From Alphaproteobacteria bacterium (GTDB taxonomy: Bacteria; Pseudomonadota; Alphaproteobacteria; GCA-2731375), in contig JADHTB010000002.1 in NCBI GenBank assembly GCA_016776605.1, positions 130,842-194,841 of the forward strand: a stretch of DNA of 64,000 bases, given 5' to 3'. Of the stretch, positions 30,270 to 40,974 are shown piece after piece (the stretch's first letter is position 1; each line of letters opens with the position of its first letter). The notes below the pieces were generated by a model, which was not told the origin of the DNA, did not search any database, and was given only the letters and a program-made list of their open reading frames with translations. The translations under genes were made by a program, and so were the position numbers.

Positions 30270-30904
30270 ATGAAAACCGCCTGCGCCAGGAAATTTGCGA
30301 CGTCGGGGCCTCGATCCATGGCCGTGGCCTGACCCATGGGGCGACGGGCAATATTTCCGCCCGTCTGGACGATGGCTGGCTTATGACCCCGACGGGTTCG
30401 AACCTGGGTCAGCTTGATCCCGGCCGCCTGTCGCGGCTAGATGAAAACGGCGAACATATTGCGGGCGATAAGCCAACCAAGGAGAGCTTTTTGCATTTGG
30501 CGGTCTATGGCCAACGGGCGGGCAGTGGCGCGGTGGTGCATTTGCACGCCACCCACTCGGTCGCCGTGTCCGTATTGGCGGATTTGGACCCCACGGATTT
30601 ATTGCCCCCCATCACCGCCTATTACGTCATGCGGGTGGGAAAACTGCCTCTGGTGCCCTTTTATGCCCCTGGCGATGCCAAGCTGGCCCAGGCCGTCGGG
30701 GAGACCGCCCAGGCGCACCATGCCATGCTGCTGGCCAATCATGGTCCCGTGGTGGCGGGGACAGACCTGTCGGCGGCCCTGGATGCCACGGAGGAGTTGG
30801 AGGAAACGGCGCGTCTGTTCTTGCTTTTACAAGGGCAGCGAACCCGCTATCTTACAACAGAACAGGTGGCCGCGTTGCGCGTGGCATTTCCGATCAAGGC
30901 CTGA
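30266..30904 (+). CDS. otnC: 3-oxo-tetronate 4-phosphate decarboxylase (class II aldolase / YgbL)
   Basis: TGNIS, PTKE..LH, VHLH, LANHG and EELEETA; ATGA overlap with otnK. Confidence 0.85.
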   Translation: MNENRLRQEICDVGASIHGRGLTHGATGNISARLDDGWLMTPTGSNLGQLDPGRLSRLDENGEHIAGDKPTKESFLHLAVYGQRAGSGAVVHLHATHSVAVSVLADLDPTDLLPPITAYYVMRVGKLPLVPFYAPGDAKLAQAVGETAQAHHAMLLANHGPVVAGTDLSAALDATEELEETARLFLLLQGQRTRYLTTEQVAALRVAFPIKA

Positions 30905-30934
30905 CGCGAAAATGGCACGAAAAAGGGGAACATC

Positions 30935-31492
30935 ATGAGCTATTCACTGGAACAATTTTGTCAGGATTGCCGCGAGGCATTGACCAGCCATCCGGGCCAC
31001 GAAGGCCGCGATCTGGCGCGGGGCAAATTGGAAAAATTGCTGCTTGATCCGGAATTTACCGCCTCGGAGTTGGGCGAGGATCAGGCCAAAGGCGTCCGTA
31101 CCCTGTATGAAGATCCCGATCTTGAATTCTGCGTATTGGCCTACCGGGCCGGCGCCGAGCACAAATCGCCACCGCATGACCACGGCGCGTCTTGGGCGAT
31201 TTACGGTCAGGCCAAACATCATACGGACATGAAGGTGTATGACAGGATTGAAGGTGGTGAGGGCGCTGGCAAGGCGAAATTGGAAGTGACCAAGGAATTT
31301 CGCCTCAATCCGGGCATGGCCGGTTTGTTCGACGTGGGCGAGATCCATGCCATTGACCATCCCGCCGACGCCCGCTTCGTGCGTGTGACCGGCACCGACC
31401 TGAACCAGGTGCAACGTCTGCGCTTTGATGAAAGCCGTGGCGTCGCCGAGGTGATTGAAAATGCCTCGGTGCCCGAGCCCGGAAGTGACTGA
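30935..31492 (+). CDS. Cysteine dioxygenase-like cupin metalloprotein
   Basis: SPPHDHGASWAIYGQ and a downstream IHAI His. Confidence 0.7.
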   Translation: MSYSLEQFCQDCREALTSHPGHEGRDLARGKLEKLLLDPEFTASELGEDQAKGVRTLYEDPDLEFCVLAYRAGAEHKSPPHDHGASWAIYGQAKHHTDMKVYDRIEGGEGAGKAKLEVTKEFRLNPGMAGLFDVGEIHAIDHPADARFVRVTGTDLNQVQRLRFDESRGVAEVIENASVPEPGSD

Positions 31493-31499
31493 CGGGGTT

Positions 31500-32006
31500 T
31501 TATTCGTCCGGTAATAGCATCAGGTCGGTATCCCCTGGTTTGGCGCCGCTGGCCGTCAGCAAGGCATGGACCTGTCCGCGATGATGGGTCTGATGGTTGT
31601 GAAAGTGGCTGATCAGGGTCCACAGCGGTTTCGTGATTTTCCGGTTGGCGGCGCCTGAAAACCAGGTCAGATCGCCGTTTAATTCAGCTGGATCGATGGC
31701 TGCGGCCCAATCGATAATGCGTTGATCGAGTTGGGGGCGCTCTGCCAGCATTTCCGCCCAATCGGCACGTTCATTCACGGAACCGGGAATGCCGGGAGAG
31801 CGTGGCGGCGGCGTCTTGGCAAAACGGCTCAACCAAATCGTGTCGCCCCATATGAGATGGTTCAGGGTGCCATGGATTGAACCAAAGAACGCGCCCCGGT
31901 CGAGTTGCCTTGCCGCTTCCGTCAAACCATCGGCGGCGGCGTACACACTGACATTTTGCCACCGGTTATACGCGGCCATCATTTGAATATACGCAACACT
32001 AATCAC
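31500..32006 (-). CDS. DinB family protein
   Basis: YNRWQN, FFGSIHGTLNH and HNHQTHHRGQ; GTG start after GAGGAG. Confidence 0.88.
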   Translation of the reverse strand: MISVAYIQMMAAYNRWQNVSVYAAADGLTEAARQLDRGAFFGSIHGTLNHLIWGDTIWLSRFAKTPPPRSPGIPGSVNERADWAEMLAERPQLDQRIIDWAAAIDPAELNGDLTWFSGAANRKITKPLWTLISHFHNHQTHHRGQVHALLTASGAKPGDTDLMLLPDE

Positions 32007-32314
32007 AACCGGCTCTCCTCCTGGGATCTTCATTGACAACCAATAGGCAAACATAAAGGCATTTTTCCGGATTTGGGCAAATGGGTGACTGTCGGCGAGT
32101 TTAATTGTTCCCAACAGCCCCGTTCCGTGGGCCAAGCCAATAATGCCAGCTGCAACCAAATCACCTGCTTCGAAACCCTACACGCCCAGGGTATCTTGGC
32201 GGCGGGGGGTGGTAATTAGAGGTAAAAAGACCCAGATATCAGGTTGCTTCATCCGCCCTGGACGGCTATGGGTGGGGCAACCAATAGCAATTCACGTACG
32301 GGAGCCGCGTCGCC

Positions 32315-32635
32315 ATGACCACCTTTGACAAGCGCGAAAAATCTTACGAGGCGAAATACGCCCACGATCAGGAAACCGTCTTTAAAATCGGCGCGCGGCG
32401 CAACAAGTTGCTTGGCCTTTGGATGGCGGAACATCTTGGCCTGGATGGGGCGGATGCGGAAGCGTACGCCAAACAGGTGATCGCCTCTGATTTTGAAAAA
32501 CCGGGTGACGAGGATGTCTTTGAAAAAGTCTGGGCCGATGTTCAGGGTAAGGGCTTGTCGTTAAGCGAAGATCAGGTGCGCCAGCAGATGCGGGCCCTGT
32601 TGGAAGTGGCTCGGGAACAGATTACTTCCGAATAA
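32315..32635 (+). CDS. DUF1476 / F1Fo-ATPase inhibitor zeta family
   Basis: MTTFDKREKSYEAKYAHD and ARRNKLLGLW. Confidence 0.9.
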   Translation: MTTFDKREKSYEAKYAHDQETVFKIGARRNKLLGLWMAEHLGLDGADAEAYAKQVIASDFEKPGDEDVFEKVWADVQGKGLSLSEDQVRQQMRALLEVAREQITSE

Positions 32636-32666
32636 GCGCAATATTAATGGATTGAACCGACGCGCT

Positions 32667-33989
32667 TTAATCGTCTGGTTCCGGGTAATCTTCCCTTTCG
32701 GCAAAGACCCGCGCGAAGATGGTGTCCACGTGTTTGGTGTGATAGCCCAGATCGAACATGGCCTCCAGCTCCGCCGCTGATATGGCGGCCATGACCTCTC
32801 CGTCGGCCTGCAATAGATCGAGAAAACTGCCTTCGCCACGCCAAACAGGCATGGCATTGCGCTGAACGTATGTGTAGGCGTCCTCGCGGCTGACGCCGGC
32901 TTGGGTCAAGGCCAGCAGCACCCGTTGCGAGAAGATCAAACCACCCAGGCGGTCCAGGTTGGTCTGCATGTTTTCCGGATAAACCGTCAGCTTGTCGATC
33001 ACACCGGTCAGGCGGTTCAGGGCAAAATCCAGCGTTACGGTGGTATCAGGCGCAATGCCCCGTTCGACGCTGGAATGAGAGATGTCGCGCTCGTGCCACA
33101 GGGCGACGTTTTCCAGGGCCGGTACGGCGCTCATACGCACCAGACGGGCCAAACCGGTCAGATTTTCGGTCAGCACCGGATTGCGCTTGTGCGGCATGGC
33201 CGAGGAGCCCTTTTGCCCTTCAGCAAAATACTCCTCCACTTCCAGGACTTCCGAGCGCTGTAAATGGCGTATTTCCGTGGCTAGCCGCTCGATACTGGAG
33301 GCGATGACGGCAAGGGTGGAAAAATACATGGCGTGACGGTCGCGGGGAATAACCTGGGTCGAAATCGGCTCTATTGCCAGTCCCAGGGCGTCGGCTACGT
33401 GTTGTTCCACCGCCGGGTCGATATTGGCGAAGGTGCCGACGGCGCCCGATATGGCGCAGGTCGCGATCTCTCTTCTGGCCCGGCGCAAACGATCCCGGCA
33501 ACGGTCGAACTCGGCATAAGCCTGAACCAGTTTTAAACCAAACGTGGTCGGTTCCGCATGAATGCCATGGCTGCGGCCGATGCAGATATCGTCCTTGTGT
33601 TCATAGGCCCGGCGGCGCAATACCGCCAACAGATGATCCATGTCGCCCAGCAAAATATCCGTGGCGCGCACCAGCTGTATGTTGAAGCAAGTATCCAGCA
33701 CGTCCGACGAGGTCATCCCCTGATGCACGAAGCGGGCGGCGGGACCCACGTGTTCGGCCAGGTTGGTCAGAAAGGCGATGACGTCATGATGGGTTTCCCG
33801 CTCGATCGCGTCAATCCGGGCTACTTCAAAGGCGCCTTTTTCCCAAACCTCCTTGGCCGCCTCCGCCGGGATAACACCCAGCTTGGCCTGGGCATCGCAG
33901 GCGTGCGCCTCGATCTCGAACCAGATTTGAAATTTGCTTTCAGGCGACCAGATGGCTGTCATTTGAGGGCGCGAATAGCGCGGGATCAT
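32667..33989 (-). CDS. purB: Adenylosuccinate lyase
   Basis: MIPRYSRP, GRSHGIHAEPTTFG and SSAMPHKRNP. Confidence 0.97.
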   Translation of the reverse strand: MIPRYSRPQMTAIWSPESKFQIWFEIEAHACDAQAKLGVIPAEAAKEVWEKGAFEVARIDAIERETHHDVIAFLTNLAEHVGPAARFVHQGMTSSDVLDTCFNIQLVRATDILLGDMDHLLAVLRRRAYEHKDDICIGRSHGIHAEPTTFGLKLVQAYAEFDRCRDRLRRARREIATCAISGAVGTFANIDPAVEQHVADALGLAIEPISTQVIPRDRHAMYFSTLAVIASSIERLATEIRHLQRSEVLEVEEYFAEGQKGSSAMPHKRNPVLTENLTGLARLVRMSAVPALENVALWHERDISHSSVERGIAPDTTVTLDFALNRLTGVIDKLTVYPENMQTNLDRLGGLIFSQRVLLALTQAGVSREDAYTYVQRNAMPVWRGEGSFLDLLQADGEVMAAISAAELEAMFDLGYHTKHVDTIFARVFAEREDYPEPDD

Positions 33990-34142
33990 GGGCCGGATCC
34001 TTGCTTTTGAATAGGCTTGTTGCTTGGGTGGGTTTCATACACCGATCAAGCCGGCCGGGGAAGATCATGATGGCATGAAAAGCACGATTTAACGATTTTG
34101 ACAGACCGCTGGCTTGGCGATCCGATGAATATAAAAAATGGT

Positions 34143-35588
34143 TTAGTTCGCCAAGACTGAAGTGATCAGAACAATTACGGCAACAGCGATCAGGTTCAGC
34201 AGAAAACCTGCCTTGGCCATATGGGCGACGGTCAACTTTTCACTGGCGAAAACAATGGCGTTGGGCGGCGTCGCCACGGGCATCATGAAAGCGCACGACG
34301 CGGCCAGGGCGACAGGGATGACGAGTTCCAAAGGTGCAATGCCCGCGCTGACCGCCACTGTCGCGACGATAGGCAGGAAGACCGCGGTGGTTGCCGTATT
34401 CGAGGTGATCTCGGTCAGGAAAATGATCAGAATTGTCACCGCGGCGACCAGGACGATGGTTGGCATGTTTTCCAGGCCCGCCAGGCCGCCGCCCACGGTA
34501 TCGGCTAAACCGCTCTCGGAAATAGCATGAGCCAAGCTTAATCCACCGCCGAAGAGCAGCAGCACGCCCCAGGGCAAGGTGACGGCGCGGGACCAGGTCA
34601 TAAGCGAACTATTGTCGCCCTGGTTGGTTGGAATTATGAAAAGCGACAAGGCGCCGATCAATGCAATACCGGAATCGGTCAGACCCATGCCGGGAAAGAC
34701 GTCGGTGATCAGGGGCCTGAATATCCAGCTTAAAGCGGTCAAGACAAATACCGCCAGGACCCGCTTTTCCTCGACCGACATCGGCCCCAGAGCTGCAATT
34801 TCGGCTTTGACGACCGCATCGGCGCCAGGGATCGGACGGCGCGCTACCGGGCAGGTAACACGGGTCAGCAATAACCAGGCCAGCGGCAGCATGACAATGA
34901 CCACGGGCAAGCCGATTGTCATCCATTTGGCAAATCCCAGTTCAATGCCCAGCTGTTCCTGGGCGAAGGCGGCCAAAAGCGCGTTGGGCGGTGTCCCCAC
35001 AAGGGTGCCCGCGCCACCGATGCTGGCCGAATAAGCAATGCCCAGCAGCAATGCCGTCGCGGTATTGCCGGCGACCCGCGGATCTTCCTTTTTATTTAAT
35101 AGCCCGATAATGGACATGGCGATGGGCAGCATCATGACCGTGGTGGCCGTATTGCTGACCCACATGCTCAAAATAGCGGTGGCCAGCATGAAACCAGCAA
35201 TAAGATGGTCGGGCCTTGTTCCAAAAGCGTTCACTATAAGCAGGGCGATGCGTCGGTGCAGGTTCCAGGTCTCGATGGCCTTGGCGATGATGAAGCCGCC
35301 CATGAACAGAAAAATCAGCGGATGCGCATAGGGTGCGGCCGATGCCTTAAAGTCGAAAAGCCCCAGCGCCGGGAAGACGATCAGGGGCATGAGGGCGGTG
35401 ACCGCGACTGGCAAGGCTTCGGTCAGCCACCAGAAAGCCATCCAGATTGCCACGCCAAGCACCTTCCAGGCCGTCGGCGAAATACCTTCCGGCACGGGTG
35501 ATATGATAACGCCCACGCCTAGAATGGTTCCTGCCAACACTGTAACGGGCCTTAGGGATCTCTTCGTGGGGTTGGTGCCCTGGCTCAT
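34143..35588 (-). CDS. DASS/SLC13 family Na+-coupled carboxylate/sulfate permease
   Basis: SMWVSNTAT, GTPPNA, TSNTATT and PVATPPNA. Confidence 0.92.
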   Translation of the reverse strand: MSQGTNPTKRSLRPVTVLAGTILGVGVIISPVPEGISPTAWKVLGVAIWMAFWWLTEALPVAVTALMPLIVFPALGLFDFKASAAPYAHPLIFLFMGGFIIAKAIETWNLHRRIALLIVNAFGTRPDHLIAGFMLATAILSMWVSNTATTVMMLPIAMSIIGLLNKKEDPRVAGNTATALLLGIAYSASIGGAGTLVGTPPNALLAAFAQEQLGIELGFAKWMTIGLPVVIVMLPLAWLLLTRVTCPVARRPIPGADAVVKAEIAALGPMSVEEKRVLAVFVLTALSWIFRPLITDVFPGMGLTDSGIALIGALSLFIIPTNQGDNSSLMTWSRAVTLPWGVLLLFGGGLSLAHAISESGLADTVGGGLAGLENMPTIVLVAAVTILIIFLTEITSNTATTAVFLPIVATVAVSAGIAPLELVIPVALAASCAFMMPVATPPNAIVFASEKLTVAHMAKAGFLLNLIAVAVIVLITSVLAN

Positions 35589-35655
35589 CAGAAATGATTA
35601 TATGATCCGCATCGACGGGGCGGCGATATCACGCACCCGGCCCATCAATTGGCCA

Positions 35656-35850
35656 TCAATTACCCTGTAATTTGTTGATCGCCCGGCGTACGGCTCGCCC
35701 GGCGGCTTTGGCGCGGTCTTCATCGGCGGCGATCTGCTTGGCTTCTTTTACCAGGCCACGCGCGGCGCGCGCCGCCTGTTCCCGCGCCACCGGGTCGGCC
35801 GCAATTTTCTGCGCCGCATAACGGACGATATGCCGTAACAGGAATGCCAT
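35656..35850 (-). CDS. Small hypothetical protein
   Basis: 64-aa amphipathic, Ala/Arg-rich ORF filling the gap (MAFLLRHIVRYAAQK...). Confidence 0.5.
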   Translation of the reverse strand: MAFLLRHIVRYAAQKIAADPVAREQAARAARGLVKEAKQIAADEDRAKAAGRAVRRAINKLQGN

Positions 35851-35998
35851 GCCCCAGCATAGCCAATAGGATGATCGGCGGCTAGCACTGCTAGGGAAGC
35901 GCCATATTGGCTGAAGGCCCCGGGCTTCCGGTTGACGAATGGTTGTCCACTGCCGATAGTCGCTGCATCCGACGTTGCGCAGTACAGGTGCCGCCGCC

Positions 35999-37621
35999 AT
36001 GCCCAAGATTGCTTCTAAAATCGATCCCAACGACCCTTCCTTTCAGGAGAATCGTGCTGATTTTCTGACCCAGATTGCCGGTCTGCGCGATCTGGAGGGC
36101 AAGGTACGGGCGCGTTCTGAAAAGAGCCGGGATCGGTTCGAGGGGCGGGGGCAGTTGCTGCCGCGTGATCGGCTGAATTTGTTGCTGGATCGGGGTGCGC
36201 CCTGGCTGGAGCTTTCCACCCTGGCCGGGTTCGAGACTTATGACGACGATGGCGATGAAAATATCTCCGGCGCCAGATTGATTACCGGCATCGGCGTGGT
36301 ATCGGGTGTGCGCTGTGTGGTGATCGTGGACGATTCCGGCATCCTGGCCGGCGCCCTGCACACCCATGGCGTGGACAAGATGATCCGCGCTTTTGACATC
36401 GCCTTGGAAAACAAGCTGCCGGCGATCCATCTGGTGCAATCCGCCGGCGCGGATTTACTCGATTACGTGCCCGCCACGTTAATTCGCGGTGGCGGCCTGT
36501 TTTATAAACAGGCCAAGTTATCGGCGGCGGGCTGCCCGGTCATCTCCGTTGTACATGGCGCCTCCACCGCCGGAGGGGCCTATATGCCCGGCATGTCGGA
36601 TTATGTGGTCATGGTGCGCAAGCAGGCCATGGCCTTTCTGGCCGGTCCGCCCCTGTTGCGCGCCGCCACGGGCGAAATAGCCGCGGCGGAAGATCTGGGC
36701 GGCACCGATATGCACGCCACTATTTCGGGCCTGACCGAATATGTGGCCGAGGATGATGCCGAGGCGGTGAGTATTTGCCGGGATATCGTCTCGCGCCTGA
36801 ACTGGCCCGCCCGTCTGGCGCCCGCGCGCCCGCGCACCTGGGAGGAACCGGCCTACGACATCGACGAGTTGTGCGGCATCGTGCCGGTGGAATATCAAAA
36901 ACCCTATGACGTGCGCGAGGTTATCGCGCGGCTGGTGGATGGCTCCGACTTCCTGGAATTCAAGGCTGATTACGACCTCCAGACGATCTGTGGCCAAGCC
37001 TCCGTCATGGGGATGCCTTGCGGTCTGATTGGCAACAACGGCCCCATTACGCCCCAGGGCGCCACCAAGGCCTCGCAATTCATGCAGTTATGCGATCAAT
37101 CGGGCACGCCGCTGATCTATTTGCACAATACTACCGGTTTCATCGTCGGACGGGAGCCCGAGGAAATGGGCATGATCAAGCATGGCGCCAAGATGATCCA
37201 GGCGGTCTCCAACGTCTCGGTGCCGCGTATCACCCTGATGATCGGGGCCTCGTTCGGGGCCGGCCATTACGCCATGTCGGGTTGGTCCTACGAGCCGCGC
37301 TTCATTCTCGCATGGCCCAATTTTCAATGCGGCGTGATGGGCGGCAAACAGGCCGGTCTGGTCATGCGTATTGTGCACGAGGCCAAGGCCAAGCGTCAGG
37401 GCACCCCCCTGGATGAAGCGGAACTGGATGCCTTGCAGGCCAAGGTTATCGCCCTCTATGACAGCAATGCCTCGGGTTATTATCATACCGCGCGGATGTG
37501 GAACGACGGCATGATTGATCCCCGCGACAGCCGCGTGGCACTTGCTTTGTTGTTGTCGGTCTGTGACGAGGCCGAACGGCGCAGCCTGAATCCGAACAGT
37601 TTTGGCGTCGCGCGATTCTAA
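35999..37621 (+). CDS. Acyl-CoA carboxylase carboxyltransferase subunit (AtuC/MccB-like)
   Basis: RGQLLPRDR, STAGGAY.PG, LAGPPL...ATGE and C-terminal FGVARF. Confidence 0.9.
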   Translation: MPKIASKIDPNDPSFQENRADFLTQIAGLRDLEGKVRARSEKSRDRFEGRGQLLPRDRLNLLLDRGAPWLELSTLAGFETYDDDGDENISGARLITGIGVVSGVRCVVIVDDSGILAGALHTHGVDKMIRAFDIALENKLPAIHLVQSAGADLLDYVPATLIRGGGLFYKQAKLSAAGCPVISVVHGASTAGGAYMPGMSDYVVMVRKQAMAFLAGPPLLRAATGEIAAAEDLGGTDMHATISGLTEYVAEDDAEAVSICRDIVSRLNWPARLAPARPRTWEEPAYDIDELCGIVPVEYQKPYDVREVIARLVDGSDFLEFKADYDLQTICGQASVMGMPCGLIGNNGPITPQGATKASQFMQLCDQSGTPLIYLHNTTGFIVGREPEEMGMIKHGAKMIQAVSNVSVPRITLMIGASFGAGHYAMSGWSYEPRFILAWPNFQCGVMGGKQAGLVMRIVHEAKAKRQGTPLDEAELDALQAKVIALYDSNASGYYHTARMWNDGMIDPRDSRVALALLLSVCDEAERRSLNPNSFGVARF

Positions 37622-37632
37622 GGAAATAGGCC

Positions 37633-38604
37633 GTGGACCGGGATACAAAAATTATTAAAAGCAATGGGTTAAACCATCGTGTTGCCATATCAGGTGAAGG
37701 TCCGTTGGTGTTGTTGATCCATGGCTGGCCGGAATCTTGGTATTCCTGGCGGCATCAGATCGCGGCCCTTGCCGCTGCCGGCTACCGGGTCGCGGCGCCT
37801 GATGTGCGGGGCTATGGCGGTTCTGACAAACCCCAGGCAATCGAAGCCTATGATATGGCCTCCATCACCGCCGACATGGCCGGGTTGATTACCGCGTTAG
37901 GCGCGGAGCAGGCCGTGGTGATTGGCCATGATTGGGGCGCACCCATCGCCTGGAACACGGCCCTGCTGCACCCTGGGCGGGTGCGCGCGGTGGCGGGGTT
38001 GAGCGTGCCCTATACCGGCCCCGGCCCGGCGCCGTTCATTGATGTGGTCAGGCAACTGTACAAGGACAAGTTCTTTTATCAGATCTATTTCCAGGAACCG
38101 GGTGTGGCCGAGGCGGAGTTGGAGGCGGACGTACGGCGCAGCCTGCGCAAGATCTATTACTGGATTTCGGGCGAGGGCCTTCAGGCCGCGCCGCCGCGCA
38201 GCAAGCCGGCCAATGCAAAATTGCTGGATGGTATGAGCGACCCGGTTGAAATGCCCGCCTGGATGAGCCCCGAAGATCTGGACTATTACGTTTCCCAGTT
38301 CGAGGGCAGCGGCTTTCGCGGGCCACTTAACCGGTACCGCAACTGGCACCGGGATTTTGCCCTGTTATCGCCCCTGGGGGAGCGGAAAATCAGCCAACCG
38401 GCGGCCTTTATCGCAGGTACACTGGAGCCAGTGCTGAATTTTGTACCCGGCGTTGATCTGGTCGCCATCATGCGGGAAAAAATGGCCGATTTGCGCCTGG
38501 TGGAGATGATTGAGGGCGCCGGCCATTGGGTGCAACAGGAGCGCCCCGAGCAGGTCAATCAGGCTCTTTTACGGTTCCTGGGCCAGATTGATGAAATGCT
38601 CTAG
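37633..38604 (+). CDS. Alpha/beta hydrolase, epoxide hydrolase-like
   Basis: HGWPE, GHDWGA, YQIYF and GHWVQQE. Confidence 0.9.
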   Translation: MDRDTKIIKSNGLNHRVAISGEGPLVLLIHGWPESWYSWRHQIAALAAAGYRVAAPDVRGYGGSDKPQAIEAYDMASITADMAGLITALGAEQAVVIGHDWGAPIAWNTALLHPGRVRAVAGLSVPYTGPGPAPFIDVVRQLYKDKFFYQIYFQEPGVAEAELEADVRRSLRKIYYWISGEGLQAAPPRSKPANAKLLDGMSDPVEMPAWMSPEDLDYYVSQFEGSGFRGPLNRYRNWHRDFALLSPLGERKISQPAAFIAGTLEPVLNFVPGVDLVAIMREKMADLRLVEMIEGAGHWVQQERPEQVNQALLRFLGQIDEML

Positions 38605-38605
38605 A

Positions 38606-39910
38606 TCAATCGGCGTTCTGTGAAGGCATCGTCGTTTTGATATGCATGTCGCGTTGCGGGAACGGAATTTCGATATTCTGTTCCTGAAATTTATCCCAAA
38701 TTTTCAGGAGAATGGCGCTTTTAACGTTCGCGAGGCCGTTCATGGGGTCGTCTATCCAAAATCGAAGTTCCAGATCCACGGAACTATCGCCAAAGCCCTT
38801 TATCAAGACGGCGGCGGGTGGTTGCGCCAACACCCGGTCGACCTCGTTGGCCGCATCGTGCATCAGCTGCATGGCTTTTCGGACGTCGGCGCTATAGGAC
38901 ACGCCCACGGGCAATCTTAAGCGTACTTCGTTGCTGCTGTAGGACCAATTGGAAACCCGCTGACTAATCAATTCTTCGTTCGGGATCAAATGTTCCACGC
39001 CATCCCGTGTGATGACCGAAGCATACCGCCCGCCTAGGGACTTTACCTGGCCGTAGGTGCCGCCCGCCTCGATCACATCACCAGGCTTGACCGATTTGTC
39101 CAGCAGGATCAGGACGCCGCTGATCAGATTGGCGACCGATTTTTGCAAACCCAGCCCAATACCCACGCCGAGCGCGCCGCCGAAGACGGCAAAGGCGGTC
39201 AAATCGATGCCCACGGAACTGATAGCGACGACCACAGCCACCGTCACCAGAACGATCTTCACCAATTTCGTCAACAGAACCCGCACCGATGGCGTCAGGT
39301 TCGTCAGCGAGGATATTCGTTGCTCAGTTACCCGCGCCATCAGCATCGCGGCCCAGACCAGTACGCCCAGGGCGATCACCCCCTTGATCACCGTCAGCAC
39401 CGAGATGCGGAGTTGCCCCATATGCAGTGCCAGGTCGTCCAACAGCATAATCGTCGGGTCCAAAAGCCCCAGAATATTGAGGGCGGCAACGGTCCAGGCG
39501 GTGATGGAAACCGCCTTGGCAATGGCCGGTTCGCGGATCAGCGAGGCGGCCAGCCGGATCACGATCCAGGCCGTCAACAGGCTTACCGTGATCGTCAGCA
39601 GGTGGCGGGGCCAATCGGCCTGCTCGGCGACAACCCCTGAAATCCATTGCAGGCATAACCAGATTATCGGCAAGGCCAGGCCCGAGACGGTATCGCCGGT
39701 CCTGGCAAGCCAGTCATCGTCGCCCCGCCGACGGGACAGCCAACTCACGCCCCGGCGGAATGGCGGCGCCATGAACAGCGCCAGAACAAAGGCGGCCGCG
39801 ACCACGGCCAGCTGCTCGGCGTTGCCGATATTCAGGGCATGCTCTTTAATCGACATCTGAATAACCTGCCAAATCTGATGCAGGTCGGCGGTGTCCACAA
39901 ATCTGTCCAT
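38606..39910 (-). CDS. Mechanosensitive channel MscS family
   Basis: GALGVGIGLGLQ..ANLISG, IPNE and IEIPFPQRD; start uncertain. Confidence 0.9.
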   Translation of the reverse strand: MDRFVDTADLHQIWQVIQMSIKEHALNIGNAEQLAVVAAAFVLALFMAPPFRRGVSWLSRRRGDDDWLARTGDTVSGLALPIIWLCLQWISGVVAEQADWPRHLLTITVSLLTAWIVIRLAASLIREPAIAKAVSITAWTVAALNILGLLDPTIMLLDDLALHMGQLRISVLTVIKGVIALGVLVWAAMLMARVTEQRISSLTNLTPSVRVLLTKLVKIVLVTVAVVVAISSVGIDLTAFAVFGGALGVGIGLGLQKSVANLISGVLILLDKSVKPGDVIEAGGTYGQVKSLGGRYASVITRDGVEHLIPNEELISQRVSNWSYSSNEVRLRLPVGVSYSADVRKAMQLMHDAANEVDRVLAQPPAAVLIKGFGDSSVDLELRFWIDDPMNGLANVKSAILLKIWDKFQEQNIEIPFPQRDMHIKTTMPSQNAD

Positions 39911-40191
39911 GCGCTGCTCTCCGCCAGAGCCAATTCGAAGGATATCGAATTAGCGCCGGGTCTTTATCGTTCACGGCCGTGCGCGAATGCGCCCGGCTCC
40001 ACGGGGGCGGCCGGGGTTGCCTCGTTCAATATCTAAAATTGTTTAGCCCCTCAGGAGCCTATTTCGTTGCGGCCCTATGTTCAACGACCGAGGCTGCGAT
40101 GTATCCTATATTAAATGTTTCCGTAGCCCTGACGGACGCAGTTAATCGTTTCGGGGCTAATTGTTTCGAGACGTTAGAGAAAGGCAGCAAG

Positions 40192-40938
40192 ATGGCATTG
40201 CAGGATTATCAAACCGCGCTGGTTACCGGCGCCTCCAGTGGCATCGGGGCCGCGACGGTGGGAATGTTGGCGGCGCGCGGCCTGACCGTGCATGCGGTGG
40301 CGCGGCGGCGGGAGCGGTTGGAGGCGCTGACGAAGCTGGGCGATGTCACGCCGCATGGGTTGGATCTGCGCGACCGGGCGGCGATCTACCAGGTTTTGGG
40401 CGCCCTGGATATCGATATCCTGGTGAACTGCGCCGGTATCGGCAGCCGGTTCGATCCGTTTCACGAACTGGATCCAGACAACATTGACGCGACCCTGGAA
40501 ACCAACATCGGCGGTACCGTGCATGCGGCCCGCGCGGTGGCGCCGGGCATGGTGGCGCGGGGGCGGGGGCATATCGTCAATATCGGCTCTATCTTTGGCC
40601 TGCATGCCATCGGCTCCGCCGTTTATGGCGCCTCGAAAGCGGCGGTGCATGTGTTAAGCCAGGATTTGCGCCACGACCTCAAGGGCACGGGCATCCGCGT
40701 CACGGAAGTCTCGCCGGGACGCACGGATACGGAAATCTTCGCCACCATGACCGATGATAAAAATGTGCAAACCGGCATGGCCGAGGGCTTCGAGATCATC
40801 ACGGCGGACGATGTGGCCCAGGCCGTGGTTTGGGCCCTGGATCAGCCCTGGCGCGTCAACATCAGCCTGATCGAGTTGACCGCCACGGAACAGATACCCG
40901 GCGGCGTCGGCATCCACCCGGTCCCAGGCCGGAAATAG
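40192..40938 (+). CDS. SDR oxidoreductase
   Basis: TGASSGIG, YGASK and SPGRTDT. Confidence 0.88.
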   Translation: MALQDYQTALVTGASSGIGAATVGMLAARGLTVHAVARRRERLEALTKLGDVTPHGLDLRDRAAIYQVLGALDIDILVNCAGIGSRFDPFHELDPDNIDATLETNIGGTVHAARAVAPGMVARGRGHIVNIGSIFGLHAIGSAVYGASKAAVHVLSQDLRHDLKGTGIRVTEVSPGRTDTEIFATMTDDKNVQTGMAEGFEIITADDVAQAVVWALDQPWRVNISLIELTATEQIPGGVGIHPVPGRK

Positions 40939-40974
40939 GGGCGGAAATAGGGGCGAAGATTGGGGCAATACGGG

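Noticed and set aside
38593..38604. gaaatgctctag at the hydrolase stop (and tgctctaa near 56941) as repeat remnants
   Set aside because: Too short to distinguish from chance; the internal hairpins are absent.
40931..40968. Three degenerate 12-bp units (gaaataggggcg) between convergent genes
   Set aside because: Short and imperfect; most likely local slippage with no evident function.
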